From Gemmatimonadales bacterium (GTDB taxonomy: Bacteria > Gemmatimonadota > Gemmatimonadetes > Gemmatimonadales > GWC2-71-9), in NCBI GenBank assembly GCA_041615815.1, contig JBFJCP010000015.1, positions 1 to 64,000 on the forward strand: a DNA stretch of 64,000 bases, in the 5' to 3' direction. Each line of letters starts with the position of its first letter. Position 1 is the first letter of the stretch. The translations under genes and the position numbers were made by a program. Shown here piece by piece: positions 1 to 9,539 of this stretch. The notes under the pieces were generated by a model, which was given only the letters and a program-made list of their open reading frames with translations, was not told where the DNA came from and did not search any database.

Positions 1-241
1 ACGGGAAGCCGCACCGTCCAGAATGGGTTCGGGCAATGCACCTGGCACGCCACCTCATGGTGCAGGAGTGATACCAGCGCGGCAGAAGAACCTAACACTC
101 AGAAACACAACAGCTTCCCCCGCGACACGCCGGTGGTCGGGAATCTGTCAACACCGCAGAACGCAAAAACTTGGGCAGCCGGGAGCGGACTGACCGCCTC
201 GCCGAGGGGGGCGCTAGCGAGGAACCGCCATGCACGGAATC

Positions 242-257
242 TGTGATCCAGATCACA
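242..257. promoter_or_regulatory. CRP/FNR-family binding site (TGTGA-N6-TCACA)
   Basis: TGTGATCCAGATCACA is an exact match to the CRP-type palindrome, in an AT-richer intergenic stretch. Confidence 0.6.
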
Positions 258-531
258 ATCTGGATGTGATGCATTATACAAACAGTCAGTGACCGATGGG
301 CGGGCTGCTGCAACACTTCGCCAGTCACATGTCTCACGATTACCACAATTTCACACGGTAAAGTCGGCTTCGCTCCACAAGTCCTGACCCAGCATGGGGA
401 CACGGTCGTGGGGGCCAGGCATCAACCTTGCCCCTACAGCGAACCGTCAGCGGTTCCCGCGCGGCGTCCATGCTACAGGCGTCGTGATCGGGTTTCACAC
501 TTGCGGTTGAGCGTTGCTCCGGGAGGGATTG

Positions 532-1845
532 GTGACGCTCCAGCATATTGGGACGAATCTCCGGCGGGCGAGTCGGAGCAAAACCATCAGCGTTTTCTGC
601 TTTACGGCCACGGCCTTCGCGTGTTCGGACGGCGCCCTCGGACCCGTGGGGCCCGAGACGGATCCACCGCTTGCATCACCGAGAATCCAGGTGATCAACG
701 ATGCGGCGGACCTGGCCCATCGGGTGCGGGTGGTCGAGGGGAGATCTCTTCCGATCCTGGCGGTTCCGGGGACCGTTTCTCAGATGCCCGGTGCGCCGTC
801 GCGGATGCCGGAAGCCCCACCCAGCCTAACGCTGGTCCTCCGTGCCGAAGTGGATCCACCGGACTTGGGTGGGTTGACGATCCAGGCGACCGAAGTCGAT
901 CTCGATCGAGGTATCGCCTACGTCTCTTACAATGTGCAGGGTCCGGTGTATCGCGGTGGCGTGGATGCCTTTGACGTCAGACACGTCGCGACCCCACTGC
1001 TCCTTTCGCAGGCGCTCTTCGAGGATACCGACGTCTCCTCGTTGGATCAGCACGGTGGATACCTTTACTTGGCCACCGCCACCGGGGATCCGGCCTTTAC
1101 ATCGCCAGCCGTCCTGGAAGCCGTCGCGCTGGACGGCATTCGCCTGACGGCTATCTCCCGCCGCGTCGATCTTCCAAGCTACGCCGCGACGGGAGTTACG
1201 GTCGTGGGAGACCAGGTCTTGGTGACTTCGGGCAACACGGACGAGGGTGGCCTTTCGATTCTCGATCGTGGATCACTCGAGCGCGAGACGCTCATACCCT
1301 TTCGCGACGCCCGGGACGTCGTCGTCCAGGGCAACATCGCCATCGCGATGAAGGGCACGCCAGCCGAGCTGTATGTCGTGGAGCGAACGGCGGGAACGGT
1401 GCTCCGATTCTACTCTCCGGGCGGAGCCAACATCCCCGAGTCCAAGTCCACGATCAAGATCTTTCGAAATTTCGTGTTCGTTGCCGCCGGCGACGAAGGA
1501 ACGAAGCTCGTGCGCTTGAGCGATGGTGCTGTCGTGGCCACCCTGCCGACGCCGCAGGTGGAAGGGCTCCCGCCGGAATACGCAGTCACCAATGCCGTGA
1601 GCGCGCACGGCAACCTGCTGTTCATGGCCAACGGCGGTGCAGGCCTCTACGTCGCACAAATTGTCGTGAACGAGACCGGTACGGATGCGGCGTTGGAGCT
1701 GGTGGGTCGGGTCGATTTCGGGGATGACAGCTCTGCCAATTACGTAGCGGCCAAAGGCAATGTTCTCTTCGTCGCGTCGGGTCTCGGAGGGCTCAAAATC
1801 GTGGAGATCGCCAACGGCGCGCCTACGATCGTCGAGGAAGAATAG
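532..1845 (+). CDS. Lipoprotein with LVIVD-like beta-propeller repeats
   Basis: GGGAGG RBS before GTG at 532; lipobox-like AFAC; repeated motifs such as FVFVAAGDEGTKLV, LLFMANGGAGLYV and VLFVASGLGGLKIVE. Confidence 0.7.
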   Translation: MTLQHIGTNLRRASRSKTISVFCFTATAFACSDGALGPVGPETDPPLASPRIQVINDAADLAHRVRVVEGRSLPILAVPGTVSQMPGAPSRMPEAPPSLTLVLRAEVDPPDLGGLTIQATEVDLDRGIAYVSYNVQGPVYRGGVDAFDVRHVATPLLLSQALFEDTDVSSLDQHGGYLYLATATGDPAFTSPAVLEAVALDGIRLTAISRRVDLPSYAATGVTVVGDQVLVTSGNTDEGGLSILDRGSLERETLIPFRDARDVVVQGNIAIAMKGTPAELYVVERTAGTVLRFYSPGGANIPESKSTIKIFRNFVFVAAGDEGTKLVRLSDGAVVATLPTPQVEGLPPEYAVTNAVSAHGNLLFMANGGAGLYVAQIVVNETGTDAALELVGRVDFGDDSSANYVAAKGNVLFVASGLGGLKIVEIANGAPTIVEEE

Positions 1846-1966
1846 ACCCGACGAAGCGCACAGCACAATCGTCATGCTCGGCCGTCACCTCAACCATGCG
1901 GCTCGATGGTCTCTCCCCCGAGGTGGCGGCCGATCTTCTGGGTGTGTCCACCCACGACCGGCAGTC

Positions 1967-2539
1967 TCACCCGCCGGTCATGGCCCGCTCCTGCACCATC
2001 TCCACGATCAGTTGCTCGAGGGTTCCACGGGAAGCACATGGGAGCGCGCTACCGCTGACCGTCCTGGGCTTGGCCGTCGCTTCGAGCTCAGTCAGCAACA
2101 CCGATTCACCATTCCCCGCGGCACGTAGGCTGGTGAGCAGGGAGAGGGTGACCGCGTACTGATCGGCGTAGGGAACCGCAGTGACCCCCTCGCCGCAATC
2201 GAGATACCGGGAGAGACGCTCGTTGCCCAGCCGGCGCGGCTGGAATCCCAGGTTTCCGATCCGGTAGGTCAGCGAATCGTACACGGAGACCGGAATCTCG
2301 AGCTCCGCATACACGTCGACGAGCGCCGGCCACGCCCGATCGATGGCAACCCCAAGGCCACGCGTATCCGCATCGGTCTCATGCGAAACGCCCACGCGAT
2401 ATCCGGGATTGGTGACCTGGGTGATGGTTTCGCGGCTTGGAGGGGTGGTGGTGGTATCGGCCTGGGAGGCGCCGCAGGACGTGAGCATCCACAGCCCGGG
2501 CATCGAGAAGATCGCAGCCATGATCCGAAGCGTTGTCAT
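1967..2539 (-). CDS. Hypothetical lipoprotein
   Basis: ATG at 2539 with purine-rich RBS; LTSC lipobox; two further Cys; C-terminal 190 aa of the 329-aa ORF. Confidence 0.7.
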   Translation of the reverse strand: MTTLRIMAAIFSMPGLWMLTSCGASQADTTTTPPSRETITQVTNPGYRVGVSHETDADTRGLGVAIDRAWPALVDVYAELEIPVSVYDSLTYRIGNLGFQPRRLGNERLSRYLDCGEGVTAVPYADQYAVTLSLLTSLRAAGNGESVLLTELEATAKPRTVSGSALPCASRGTLEQLIVEMVQERAMTGG

Positions 2540-2568
2540 CCTCGTTTCCTTTCGAGATGCCGGCGTGG

Positions 2569-2925
2569 TCAATCGACGCCTGCTTGCTTGCCCGAGTCGC
2601 GCACGGCCTTGTCCGCCCGATCGATACCGGTGTGAATCAGGCCCACGACTTCGCGCATGGACCCGAGGCGGGCCTGAAAGCTCCCGGGTCGTTTGATCAC
2701 GGTCTTGAGCTGATCCGTGGCATCCGCCAGCTCTTTGAATCCATCGCCCTCGAGCAATCGCTGAACGTCCTGGGCGGCGCGTTGACATTGTCGCAGAAAC
2801 ACCTCCCGTGTTCCTGCATTGGTGGCAGCCTGCTCGACGAGCGCATGGACCCGTTCCCACTTCCGCTTGGCCTCCTTCAAGACAGCCAGCCTGCGGAGCG
2901 CGTTTGCGCTCAGCTTCGGGACCAT
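2569..2925 (-). CDS. Hypothetical alpha-helical protein
   Basis: GGAGG RBS before ATG at 2925; amphipathic helical pattern; co-oriented with the downstream lipoprotein. Confidence 0.6.
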   Translation of the reverse strand: MVPKLSANALRRLAVLKEAKRKWERVHALVEQAATNAGTREVFLRQCQRAAQDVQRLLEGDGFKELADATDQLKTVIKRPGSFQARLGSMREVVGLIHTGIDRADKAVRDSGKQAGVD

Positions 2926-3099
2926 GGCCCCTCCGTGTGTGGCGGCACCCCGGCAAGATGTCCTGAGGACACGGATTTGTGCCAGCGGAGAGGACACCGA
3001 AAACGTGAAGGAAGGCTCATGCTGCCTTGTTTCTCAGCAGACGCGCCCCTGGGTACTGATGGTTCGCACACATTTCACCCACATTCGGAGATACCGCCC

Positions 3100-4023
3100 G
3101 TGAGACTCGAAACGATCATCGCCGGGGTGGATGGTTCCCGGCAATCTCTCCATGCCGCAACGTTGGCGTACCGCCTCGCCGAGGCACTCGGCGGAACCTA
3201 TCACCTGGTGCACGCAGCCGCTGAGGTGCGGGCACCAACGGACATCTTGGGAATCGCGGCCGGCGAACCCACGCCGACTCAGCATATTAAGCACGAAGCC
3301 CGTCGCAAGATCCGAACGAAACTGCGGGGAGTGATTCCGGCCGACCAGCTGGACCGTCTGCAGGTCGAGGTTGGTCGCGCACCCAAAGTACTGGCGGACG
3401 CCGTGCGCCGTCGCGAGGCGGACCTCGTCATCGTGGGCGCCAAGCGGCGCTCTACCCTGACCCGTGCCGTCGTGGGCAGCGTGGTTCCCTACTTGCTCCG
3501 CTCGCTCGACGTACCGGTCCTGTTAGCAACGCCCGCAGATGAGGTTCCCAAACGGATTCTCGTCTCGGTAGACTTGTCCGGCGTCACGCACGCCACGCTC
3601 GAATACGCGGTTCAGCTGGCACGATTGCTCGGTGCCACAGTGCGTGCCGTGCACGTTGTCGAGCCGGATGTGCTTCCACCGGCGTTGCCCGTAACCATCG
3701 AACCCGAAGAGTTTTCCCGCCGGTCTCGCGATGTGTTCGTCGAGCGCCTCAAGGAATTCGAAGCGCAGGGACGAATCGAACGCGCGGTGCGGCACGGGAA
3801 GGCCGCGGAGGAGATCGCCGACGAGGCGTTGGCATGGGGTGCCGACCTCATCGTCATGGGCTCGCACGGGAAGGGACTGGTGGACAGGCTCCTGCTAGGG
3901 AGCACGACGATCCGCTTGGCCAACCTGCTCCCGACGGCCATCGTCGTCGTGCCAGTGGCGGAGGCGGTGGTCCCCTACTCTCGGCCCGCAATAGCCGCAG
4001 CAGCGTCCGCGCGTACGGGCTAG
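3100..4023 (+). CDS. Universal stress protein (tandem UspA domains)
   Basis: IIAGVDGS...ADLVIVG and ILVSVDLS...ADLIVMGSHGKG...LLGSTT motifs; GGAG RBS before GTG at 3100. Confidence 0.92.
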   Translation: MRLETIIAGVDGSRQSLHAATLAYRLAEALGGTYHLVHAAAEVRAPTDILGIAAGEPTPTQHIKHEARRKIRTKLRGVIPADQLDRLQVEVGRAPKVLADAVRRREADLVIVGAKRRSTLTRAVVGSVVPYLLRSLDVPVLLATPADEVPKRILVSVDLSGVTHATLEYAVQLARLLGATVRAVHVVEPDVLPPALPVTIEPEEFSRRSRDVFVERLKEFEAQGRIERAVRHGKAAEEIADEALAWGADLIVMGSHGKGLVDRLLLGSTTIRLANLLPTAIVVVPVAEAVVPYSRPAIAAAASARTG

Positions 4024-4216
4024 GCTCCGTTGGGGCGGGCGTACCCCCTCGGAGCTACCACAACGGAACGCGATTCACGGTCCGCCATGGACCGTGGCAT
4101 CGATCCGCTGGGGTTTCCAGCTGCGCTGGTCCTCCCGATGATCGCGCCGATGACTACCCGCCGGGCAGCGCCAGCTCGCACCGGGTTGCGGCCGGGTGAA
4201 CGACCGGCGCGCGATC

Positions 4217-5257
4217 CTATGGTGTGGGTCGCGGCGTCCCGGCTCCATTGGGCGGCAGCATCGGATAGGCGATCTCCGGCTGCCGGCCCGTCAGCGAGAA
4301 GAGGAACGCGACGATCTTATCTACCTCTTGATCGTTGAGTGCGGTGCCCAATTGTGAGGCTCCCATGACCGCTACCGCTTGCCGGAGATCCCACGCCTTG
4401 CCGGAATGAAAGTACGGCGCGGTCAACACGACATTGCGGAGACTGGGGACCTTGAAGACGTACTCATCGCTCACCGTACCCGTCACCTCGAAGCGGCCCT
4501 TGTCCTCCCGGGGGAGGAGTTCCGCTCCCGGAATCTCCATCACGCCAAACGGCGCATAGCGGTTTCCGCCCACGTTGATCCCGTTGTGGCATTCGACGCA
4601 TTGCTTGTCCATGAACAACCGGAGCCCCTCCTTTTCCTGCGCGGTCATGGCGTCTTCGTCGCCAAGGAGATACCGGTCGAACGGCGCGTCGGGCGTGATC
4701 AAGGTGGCCTCGAACACGGCGATGAGCAGCCGGACGTTCTGGAAGGTGACGGGGTCGTCCTGCCCGGGGAACGCCTCGCGAAATCGGGCTACATACCCGG
4801 GAATCGCTTTGAGCTGCTCGACGACGTGATCCGGAGTGCTGCCCATCTCGAGGGGGTTGACCAGGGGCGTGGCCGCCTGCTTCTCCAAGTCCGGAGCCCG
4901 CCCATCCCAAAACTGGGCCGTATTGAATACCGCGTTGAACACGGTCGGGGCGTTCCGCCCACCACGCTGCCATCGGTGACCGATGGAAGTCTCGAGCGCA
5001 TCGACCCCCGCCAGGCCCACGTTGTGACACGTGTTGCAGCTGATGGTGTGGCTCCGCGAGAGGCGCGGCTCGAAGTAGAGCATCTTGCCAAGCTCCACCC
5101 TGGCAGTCGTCGGCTCGATCCCCTCCACCGCCGGCGGTTCGAGGGGGATGGGCCGGAAGGCAACACGCGCCCGCTCGAGCACGCTCTCCTGAGCGAGTGC
5201 AGAGCCCGAGAGACCCCAAGTCAGCAAGAAACCAAATAGCGCGACGCGCCGAATCAT
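4217..5257 (-). CDS. ccpA: Di-heme cytochrome c peroxidase
   Basis: Two CXXCH motifs (CNTCH, CVECH); FWDGRA and FKVPSLRNV...PYFH motifs; signal peptide; GAGGAGG RBS. Confidence 0.93.
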   Translation of the reverse strand: MIRRVALFGFLLTWGLSGSALAQESVLERARVAFRPIPLEPPAVEGIEPTTARVELGKMLYFEPRLSRSHTISCNTCHNVGLAGVDALETSIGHRWQRGGRNAPTVFNAVFNTAQFWDGRAPDLEKQAATPLVNPLEMGSTPDHVVEQLKAIPGYVARFREAFPGQDDPVTFQNVRLLIAVFEATLITPDAPFDRYLLGDEDAMTAQEKEGLRLFMDKQCVECHNGINVGGNRYAPFGVMEIPGAELLPREDKGRFEVTGTVSDEYVFKVPSLRNVVLTAPYFHSGKAWDLRQAVAVMGASQLGTALNDQEVDKIVAFLFSLTGRQPEIAYPMLPPNGAGTPRPTP

Positions 5258-5543
5258 ACCGTACCTCCTCACAGCTCCGATTGGTCTCCGCCCGTCCCGT
5301 GGCGAGCAGGTGGGTTCCAGGCCCTCAGGGTCGTCGCCGGGACGGGTGGCCGCGTGTCTATGGGTGCGCTGGAACGTGTGAAGAAATAGTGAAGTGTCAA
5401 GGAGGGTCCCACCCGGACCGTTATCTTCCTTGGGAGTCGACCCTCACGTCCGATTCATGGGGTCTTCACTCACCCCGTCCGAGAGGTAGGCAACCTGCGC
5501 CCTCCTCTCAAATGCGCAGCGCTGAAGGCGAGGTTGCTTGCTC

Positions 5544-6188
5544 ATGATTGACCCCACCGATGTCCTGCGTTTGATCAAGGGCCGCCGCACAGTGCGGCGA
5601 TTCGATCGCGATCGCCCCGTGGCACGGGCCAGTCTCGAACGCATTCTCGAAGCAGGAACATGGGCCCCATATGCCCCATACCATCCACAGGGTTGGAAGC
5701 TGGTTGCCCTGCTTGGCGAGGAGCGGGATCGAGCCGTCGCGACGGTGTGCAAGACGCAGACGGTCCTTAAGCATATTCGCAAGATGTACGAAGAGTCGCC
5801 CCTCGGCGGGGAACAGCAGGGGGACGAAGAACACCGTTGGAAGGAACTCGCACGCGATTTCGCGCAGCACCTGGGACACGCACCCATCCTCATCGTCGGA
5901 TTGGTCCCCCGTGCGATCAATCCAACGATCCGACTCCACGACGTCGGCTCGGTATGGGCCGCCGCGCAGAACATGATGCTCCAGGCACATGCGGAACGCC
6001 TCGCCGCCGGCGTCGTGACGTTTCAGTCATCCAAAGTCGAGCAGGAGCTCCTGCAACTCCTCAGCCTCGAGGAGAGCGAATGGCAGGTGGCATTTCTCCT
6101 GAACGTGGGGCATCCGCTCGAAACCCCCGTCGCCCCGCCACGCCGCGGCGGGTTGATCGAGATTCGGGAGGGCGAACCCGAGGACTAG
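5544..6188 (+). CDS. Nitroreductase family protein
   Basis: IKGRRTVRRF FMN-binding motif; AP...QGWK; AAAQNMMLQAH; terminal VGHP. Confidence 0.85.
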   Translation: MIDPTDVLRLIKGRRTVRRFDRDRPVARASLERILEAGTWAPYAPYHPQGWKLVALLGEERDRAVATVCKTQTVLKHIRKMYEESPLGGEQQGDEEHRWKELARDFAQHLGHAPILIVGLVPRAINPTIRLHDVGSVWAAAQNMMLQAHAERLAAGVVTFQSSKVEQELLQLLSLEESEWQVAFLLNVGHPLETPVAPPRRGGLIEIREGEPED

Positions 6189-7063
6189 AGCCGGCCAGCG
6201 AGCTCCACGATCGCCTCGACACCACCACGAACACCAAACGCGATCGTACCATCGGCGGTAACAATGTAGGCAAGCGCAGGATGCGTGACGTCGCCCGTCA
6301 GCGGGTCTCGCTGCCGGGGGACCCCCCACCCATCGAGCACCGCTTCCACATCGTCGACTGCCCCACTGACGATGAACTCGTCGGTACCGAGCTCCCATTT
6401 GCTGGCTAGATATGGCAACCGACTGGGAATGTCGCGCCAGGGATCCAGCGTCACGACGATCGCGTTCACCGCCCGGGTGGTGGCAAGACGACGGCGCGCC
6501 ACGAGCACATCTCGCACAATTGCCGGACAGATCGTCTGGCAGTGTCCAAAGGCGAATGTCACCAGCGTGACCTCACCGCGTAACTGCCCCAGACGCAGCG
6601 TATCGCCATGCTGATCCACGAGTGCCATGGCGGGAGCCGCCCGATCGAGCCGCGGATAGGTCTCGGGGAACACCACGGGCGCCTCGAGCCATGGCACCCC
6701 GGCGGCGGACGCGCTCCCCACCCTCCAAGTCGCGGCCGAGACGGCTACCAGGACCACGAGCATGGCCCCGGCAAGGACCGCGCGACCCGCTGGTCGATGG
6801 CGCAGACGCATGAAGGCCCTCGCGAGGGATCGACCCCAGATCACCCACACCGTGCCCAGCATGAGGATGGGCTGGAGGATCAGCGCGGTCCAACCGGCTG
6901 CGTCGGGCAGACCGTTGGGTCTGGTACCGAAACACACGTAGCGTGTGCGTTCCAGCCACACGGGGGCATCACTCACCGGCCAGAGCGCGAGGGCCCACCA
7001 CACCATCGTGATCGCGATCACGGTGGCAAGCACGACGAGACTGGTGACCCCCCGCTCTCGCAT
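6185..7063 (-). CDS. SCO family copper chaperone with N-terminal 3-TM domain
   Basis: FGHCQTICP (CxxxC), TLDP and a distal His (VTHP); lies downstream of the CuA enzyme genes. Confidence 0.88.
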   Translation of the reverse strand: MRERGVTSLVVLATVIAITMVWWALALWPVSDAPVWLERTRYVCFGTRPNGLPDAAGWTALILQPILMLGTVWVIWGRSLARAFMRLRHRPAGRAVLAGAMLVVLVAVSAATWRVGSASAAGVPWLEAPVVFPETYPRLDRAAPAMALVDQHGDTLRLGQLRGEVTLVTFAFGHCQTICPAIVRDVLVARRRLATTRAVNAIVVTLDPWRDIPSRLPYLASKWELGTDEFIVSGAVDDVEAVLDGWGVPRQRDPLTGDVTHPALAYIVTADGTIAFGVRGGVEAIVELAGRL

Positions 7064-7070
7064 AGCCGAT

Positions 7071-7268
7071 CTACCCAATCCGCCAAACGAACGACAGCAG
7101 CTTCCAATTCACGAAATAGTAGAGCACAAACGCCAGAAGAAAGACGAAAACCAGGATGACCGTTCCCGGGGTCCTTCCCCCGATCCCGTGCTCGGCATCC
7201 GCGTCGTCACCCGCCGGGGCTGGCCTCGGCGGTGTCACGATACCTTGGGGAACGCCGTAGAGTGGCAT
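7071..7268 (-). CDS. Single-TM subunit IIa-like (CoxIIa/CbaD-like) protein of the heme-copper enzyme
   Basis: ATG overlaps the subunit I stop (TAATG) and has its own GGAGG; PGTVILVFVFLLAFVLYYFVNW helix resembles ba3 subunit IIa. Confidence 0.65.
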   Translation of the reverse strand: MPLYGVPQGIVTPPRPAPAGDDADAEHGIGGRTPGTVILVFVFLLAFVLYYFVNWKLLSFVWRIG

Positions 7269-8788
7269 TATGCCTCCGATCCAGCTGGCATGGGACGGCC
7301 AAGAAAGACCGACCACACGGTGACGACGATGTAGATGGCCCCACCCACCGCAGCAATGAGCCCACCGACCGCCATGACCCCGATCACGAGATCCACGGCC
7401 GGCGAAAACTGCACGTCGAACGGCGCCTGGGAGAACGTCATGTCCCAGTGACGCCGAGGCGCCCCGAACGTACCGGCAAACGTCATGGCAACGGAGAAGA
7501 TCAGCATCCCCACCGCAAACAGATACGGCTGGATCTTGGCAAGCGGCCAGAACGCGATCTGCTTTCGGAAAATGAGGGGAATCACATAGTACGTGACGCC
7601 CATGAACGCCAGCGCCGTTCCCGCCACGACCGTCGCGTGGAAGTGACCGGGAATCCGGAGCGTATTGTGCGCGATGATGTTGATCTGCTCGGTCCCGAAC
7701 GTGACCCCAGTGATGCCCCCAACAAAGCCGAAGATGATGACCGAGAAGATGAGCGACGAAAAGCCCGGATCACCCCAGGGAGCTTTGCGCAGCCATTCGA
7801 ACAGACCCTTGGTGAGACCGCGCACCCGCTGGCCCAGCTCGACCCCCGCTGGCACCGTGAAGCCGTGGATCATGCTGGCGAGCACCGCCAGATACATGGC
7901 GTAGCTCGTATTCCAGACCTTCCACGTGGGACCCATTCCGGGATCCACCAGCAGGTGGTGCGCTGAGGCCATGGAGATGAACAAGACGTACAGCACGAAG
8001 GCCGCTCGGCTGATCTTCTCGTTGAGAACCACGGCACCCACGGTGAAGGCGCCCAGCAGATACCAGACCGACACCATCGCCGCCACATTGATCTGCTGCG
8101 ACGAGTGCCCCAGCCCCCACCACACGAGCCGATACACTTGGGCATCGACGTTCATGAGGCCCAGGGACCAGAGGAACGTCGGGATGTAGATCGCTGCCCC
8201 GTGCCCCAACGTGATCACGGCGATGATGGCGGCCGTCGCGGCCCCGAAGGTCACCAGCGGCACGGACCCTGTGTACGTTTTCTCGCGACGAGCGACGACC
8301 AAGGTCGCGAAGAAGATGCACACCACCAGGAGCGCGCCGACCGCGAACAAGATCACGCCCAGGTAGTACCACGGGGTGGCCTTGAGAGGCACGTAGGACG
8401 TAAACAGCACATCCGCCTTGCCGGCGAACATGGTCCATTCCACGATGAGGGTGCCGAGGACCATGAGCCCAAACGACCCCCATGCGAGACGCGGCGCGGC
8501 GACACGACTGTTGAGCAGCACCGCACTCGCGAAATACAGCACCGCCATCTCGAAGAACAGGATGAAGAAGATGAGCATGTTCATCCCGTGGATCGTGAGC
8601 ATGCGGTAGAACCACTCTGCGGAAAGCAGATGAACCGCCTGCCAGCGCGTGAGCATCACCAGCACGGCGGCGATCCCACCGATGAGCAGCGTCACGGTGG
8701 CCACGACGGCATTGGCCTTGATGAGGCCGTCGGCCTGCGCGTGCACTTTGAGCCCCGTCGTGGGGCACGTGCGGAAGCTCCCGTTCAT
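7268..8788 (-). CDS. Heme-copper oxidase superfamily subunit I, B-family-derived; probable eNOR-type nitric oxide reductase
   Basis: Six His ligands (TIHG, GHSSQQ, AHHL, GHFH); the H+4 cross-link Tyr position is Gln; about 12 TM helices. Confidence 0.85.
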   Translation of the reverse strand: MNGSFRTCPTTGLKVHAQADGLIKANAVVATVTLLIGGIAAVLVMLTRWQAVHLLSAEWFYRMLTIHGMNMLIFFILFFEMAVLYFASAVLLNSRVAAPRLAWGSFGLMVLGTLIVEWTMFAGKADVLFTSYVPLKATPWYYLGVILFAVGALLVVCIFFATLVVARREKTYTGSVPLVTFGAATAAIIAVITLGHGAAIYIPTFLWSLGLMNVDAQVYRLVWWGLGHSSQQINVAAMVSVWYLLGAFTVGAVVLNEKISRAAFVLYVLFISMASAHHLLVDPGMGPTWKVWNTSYAMYLAVLASMIHGFTVPAGVELGQRVRGLTKGLFEWLRKAPWGDPGFSSLIFSVIIFGFVGGITGVTFGTEQINIIAHNTLRIPGHFHATVVAGTALAFMGVTYYVIPLIFRKQIAFWPLAKIQPYLFAVGMLIFSVAMTFAGTFGAPRRHWDMTFSQAPFDVQFSPAVDLVIGVMAVGGLIAAVGGAIYIVVTVWSVFLGRPMPAGSEA

Positions 8789-9354
8789 GGCGCCCCTCCC
8801 GCGCTGGCCGTGCTTTGGGTGTCGTCCACCACGACGATCCGACCCACCATGAGGTGATGGCCGATCCCGCAGAACTCGTTACAGATGATGCGGAAGTCGC
8901 CGGCCTCGGTGGGAGTCACCCGAAGACCGTAGTCGTATCCCGGCACGACCTGGAAATTCACGTTGATGGGATAAAGGTTGAAACCATGATTGACGTCGAG
9001 CGAGGAGATGTGGAGGATGTACTCCGCATCCTTCTTGAGCCTCAGCGTGGGTCGCCAGCTCCACATGAGACCCACCAGATAGATGTCGCTGCCCGGTGGT
9101 GGCTCCACGATGGGGATGCCGTTTTCCTCCCCCACCTGATAGGCGTTGATGAATTCCTGGGTACGCGCCATGAAGGCTTCCGGCTCGACCTTGTGGCGAA
9201 TCCCAGAGGGATTCTGGCCCCCTTTGAAGTGCCAGAGCGGCATCATGGCGAACAGAACGAGGCACCAGGCGAACGCCACGATCACCCAAAACCGCTCGGC
9301 ACGGTGAGCGGGTTTCCACCAGATGCCCTGCGGTGACTCGATTCCGGTGTTCAT
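8785..9354 (-). CDS. Subunit II with CuA centre
   Basis: DVNHGF...CNEFCGIGHHLM CuA motif; single N-terminal TM helix; ATGA overlap with subunit I. Confidence 0.92.
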   Translation of the reverse strand: MNTGIESPQGIWWKPAHRAERFWVIVAFAWCLVLFAMMPLWHFKGGQNPSGIRHKVEPEAFMARTQEFINAYQVGEENGIPIVEPPPGSDIYLVGLMWSWRPTLRLKKDAEYILHISSLDVNHGFNLYPINVNFQVVPGYDYGLRVTPTEAGDFRIICNEFCGIGHHLMVGRIVVVDDTQSTASAGGAP

Positions 9355-9369
9355 TCCCTCGCTCCTGGT

Positions 9370-9516
9370 TTAGGGCAGCGGGGCCGGTGGCAACGACAAC
9401 ACCTCCCACAACCCCCAGGCGGTGTAGAACACACCCATCACGAGGATCCCAGCGAGGAGGAGCAGGAACCAGTTGTCGAAGATCCGTTGGCCGAGCGGAG
9501 GTTTGGAGTTGGCCAT
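9370..9516 (-). CDS. Small single-TM protein (probable accessory subunit)
   Basis: AGGAGG RBS; 48 aa, PLGQRIFDNWFLLL...WGLWE; lies between rrf2 and subunit II. Confidence 0.7.
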   Translation of the reverse strand: MANSKPPLGQRIFDNWFLLLLAGILVMGVFYTAWGLWEVLSLPPAPLP

Positions 9517-9539
9517 GAAAATCCTCCTTGCCTGCCAGA

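Noticed and set aside
110..235. c-di-GMP riboswitch suggested by ACGCAAA
   Set aside because: The GGCAAAC/GAAA tetraloop and P2 elements are not found.
7268..8788. O2-reducing ba3/cbb3 cytochrome c oxidase
   Set aside because: The helix VI cross-link Tyr is absent (HSSQQ), and subunit II is CuA-type rather than a cytochrome c.
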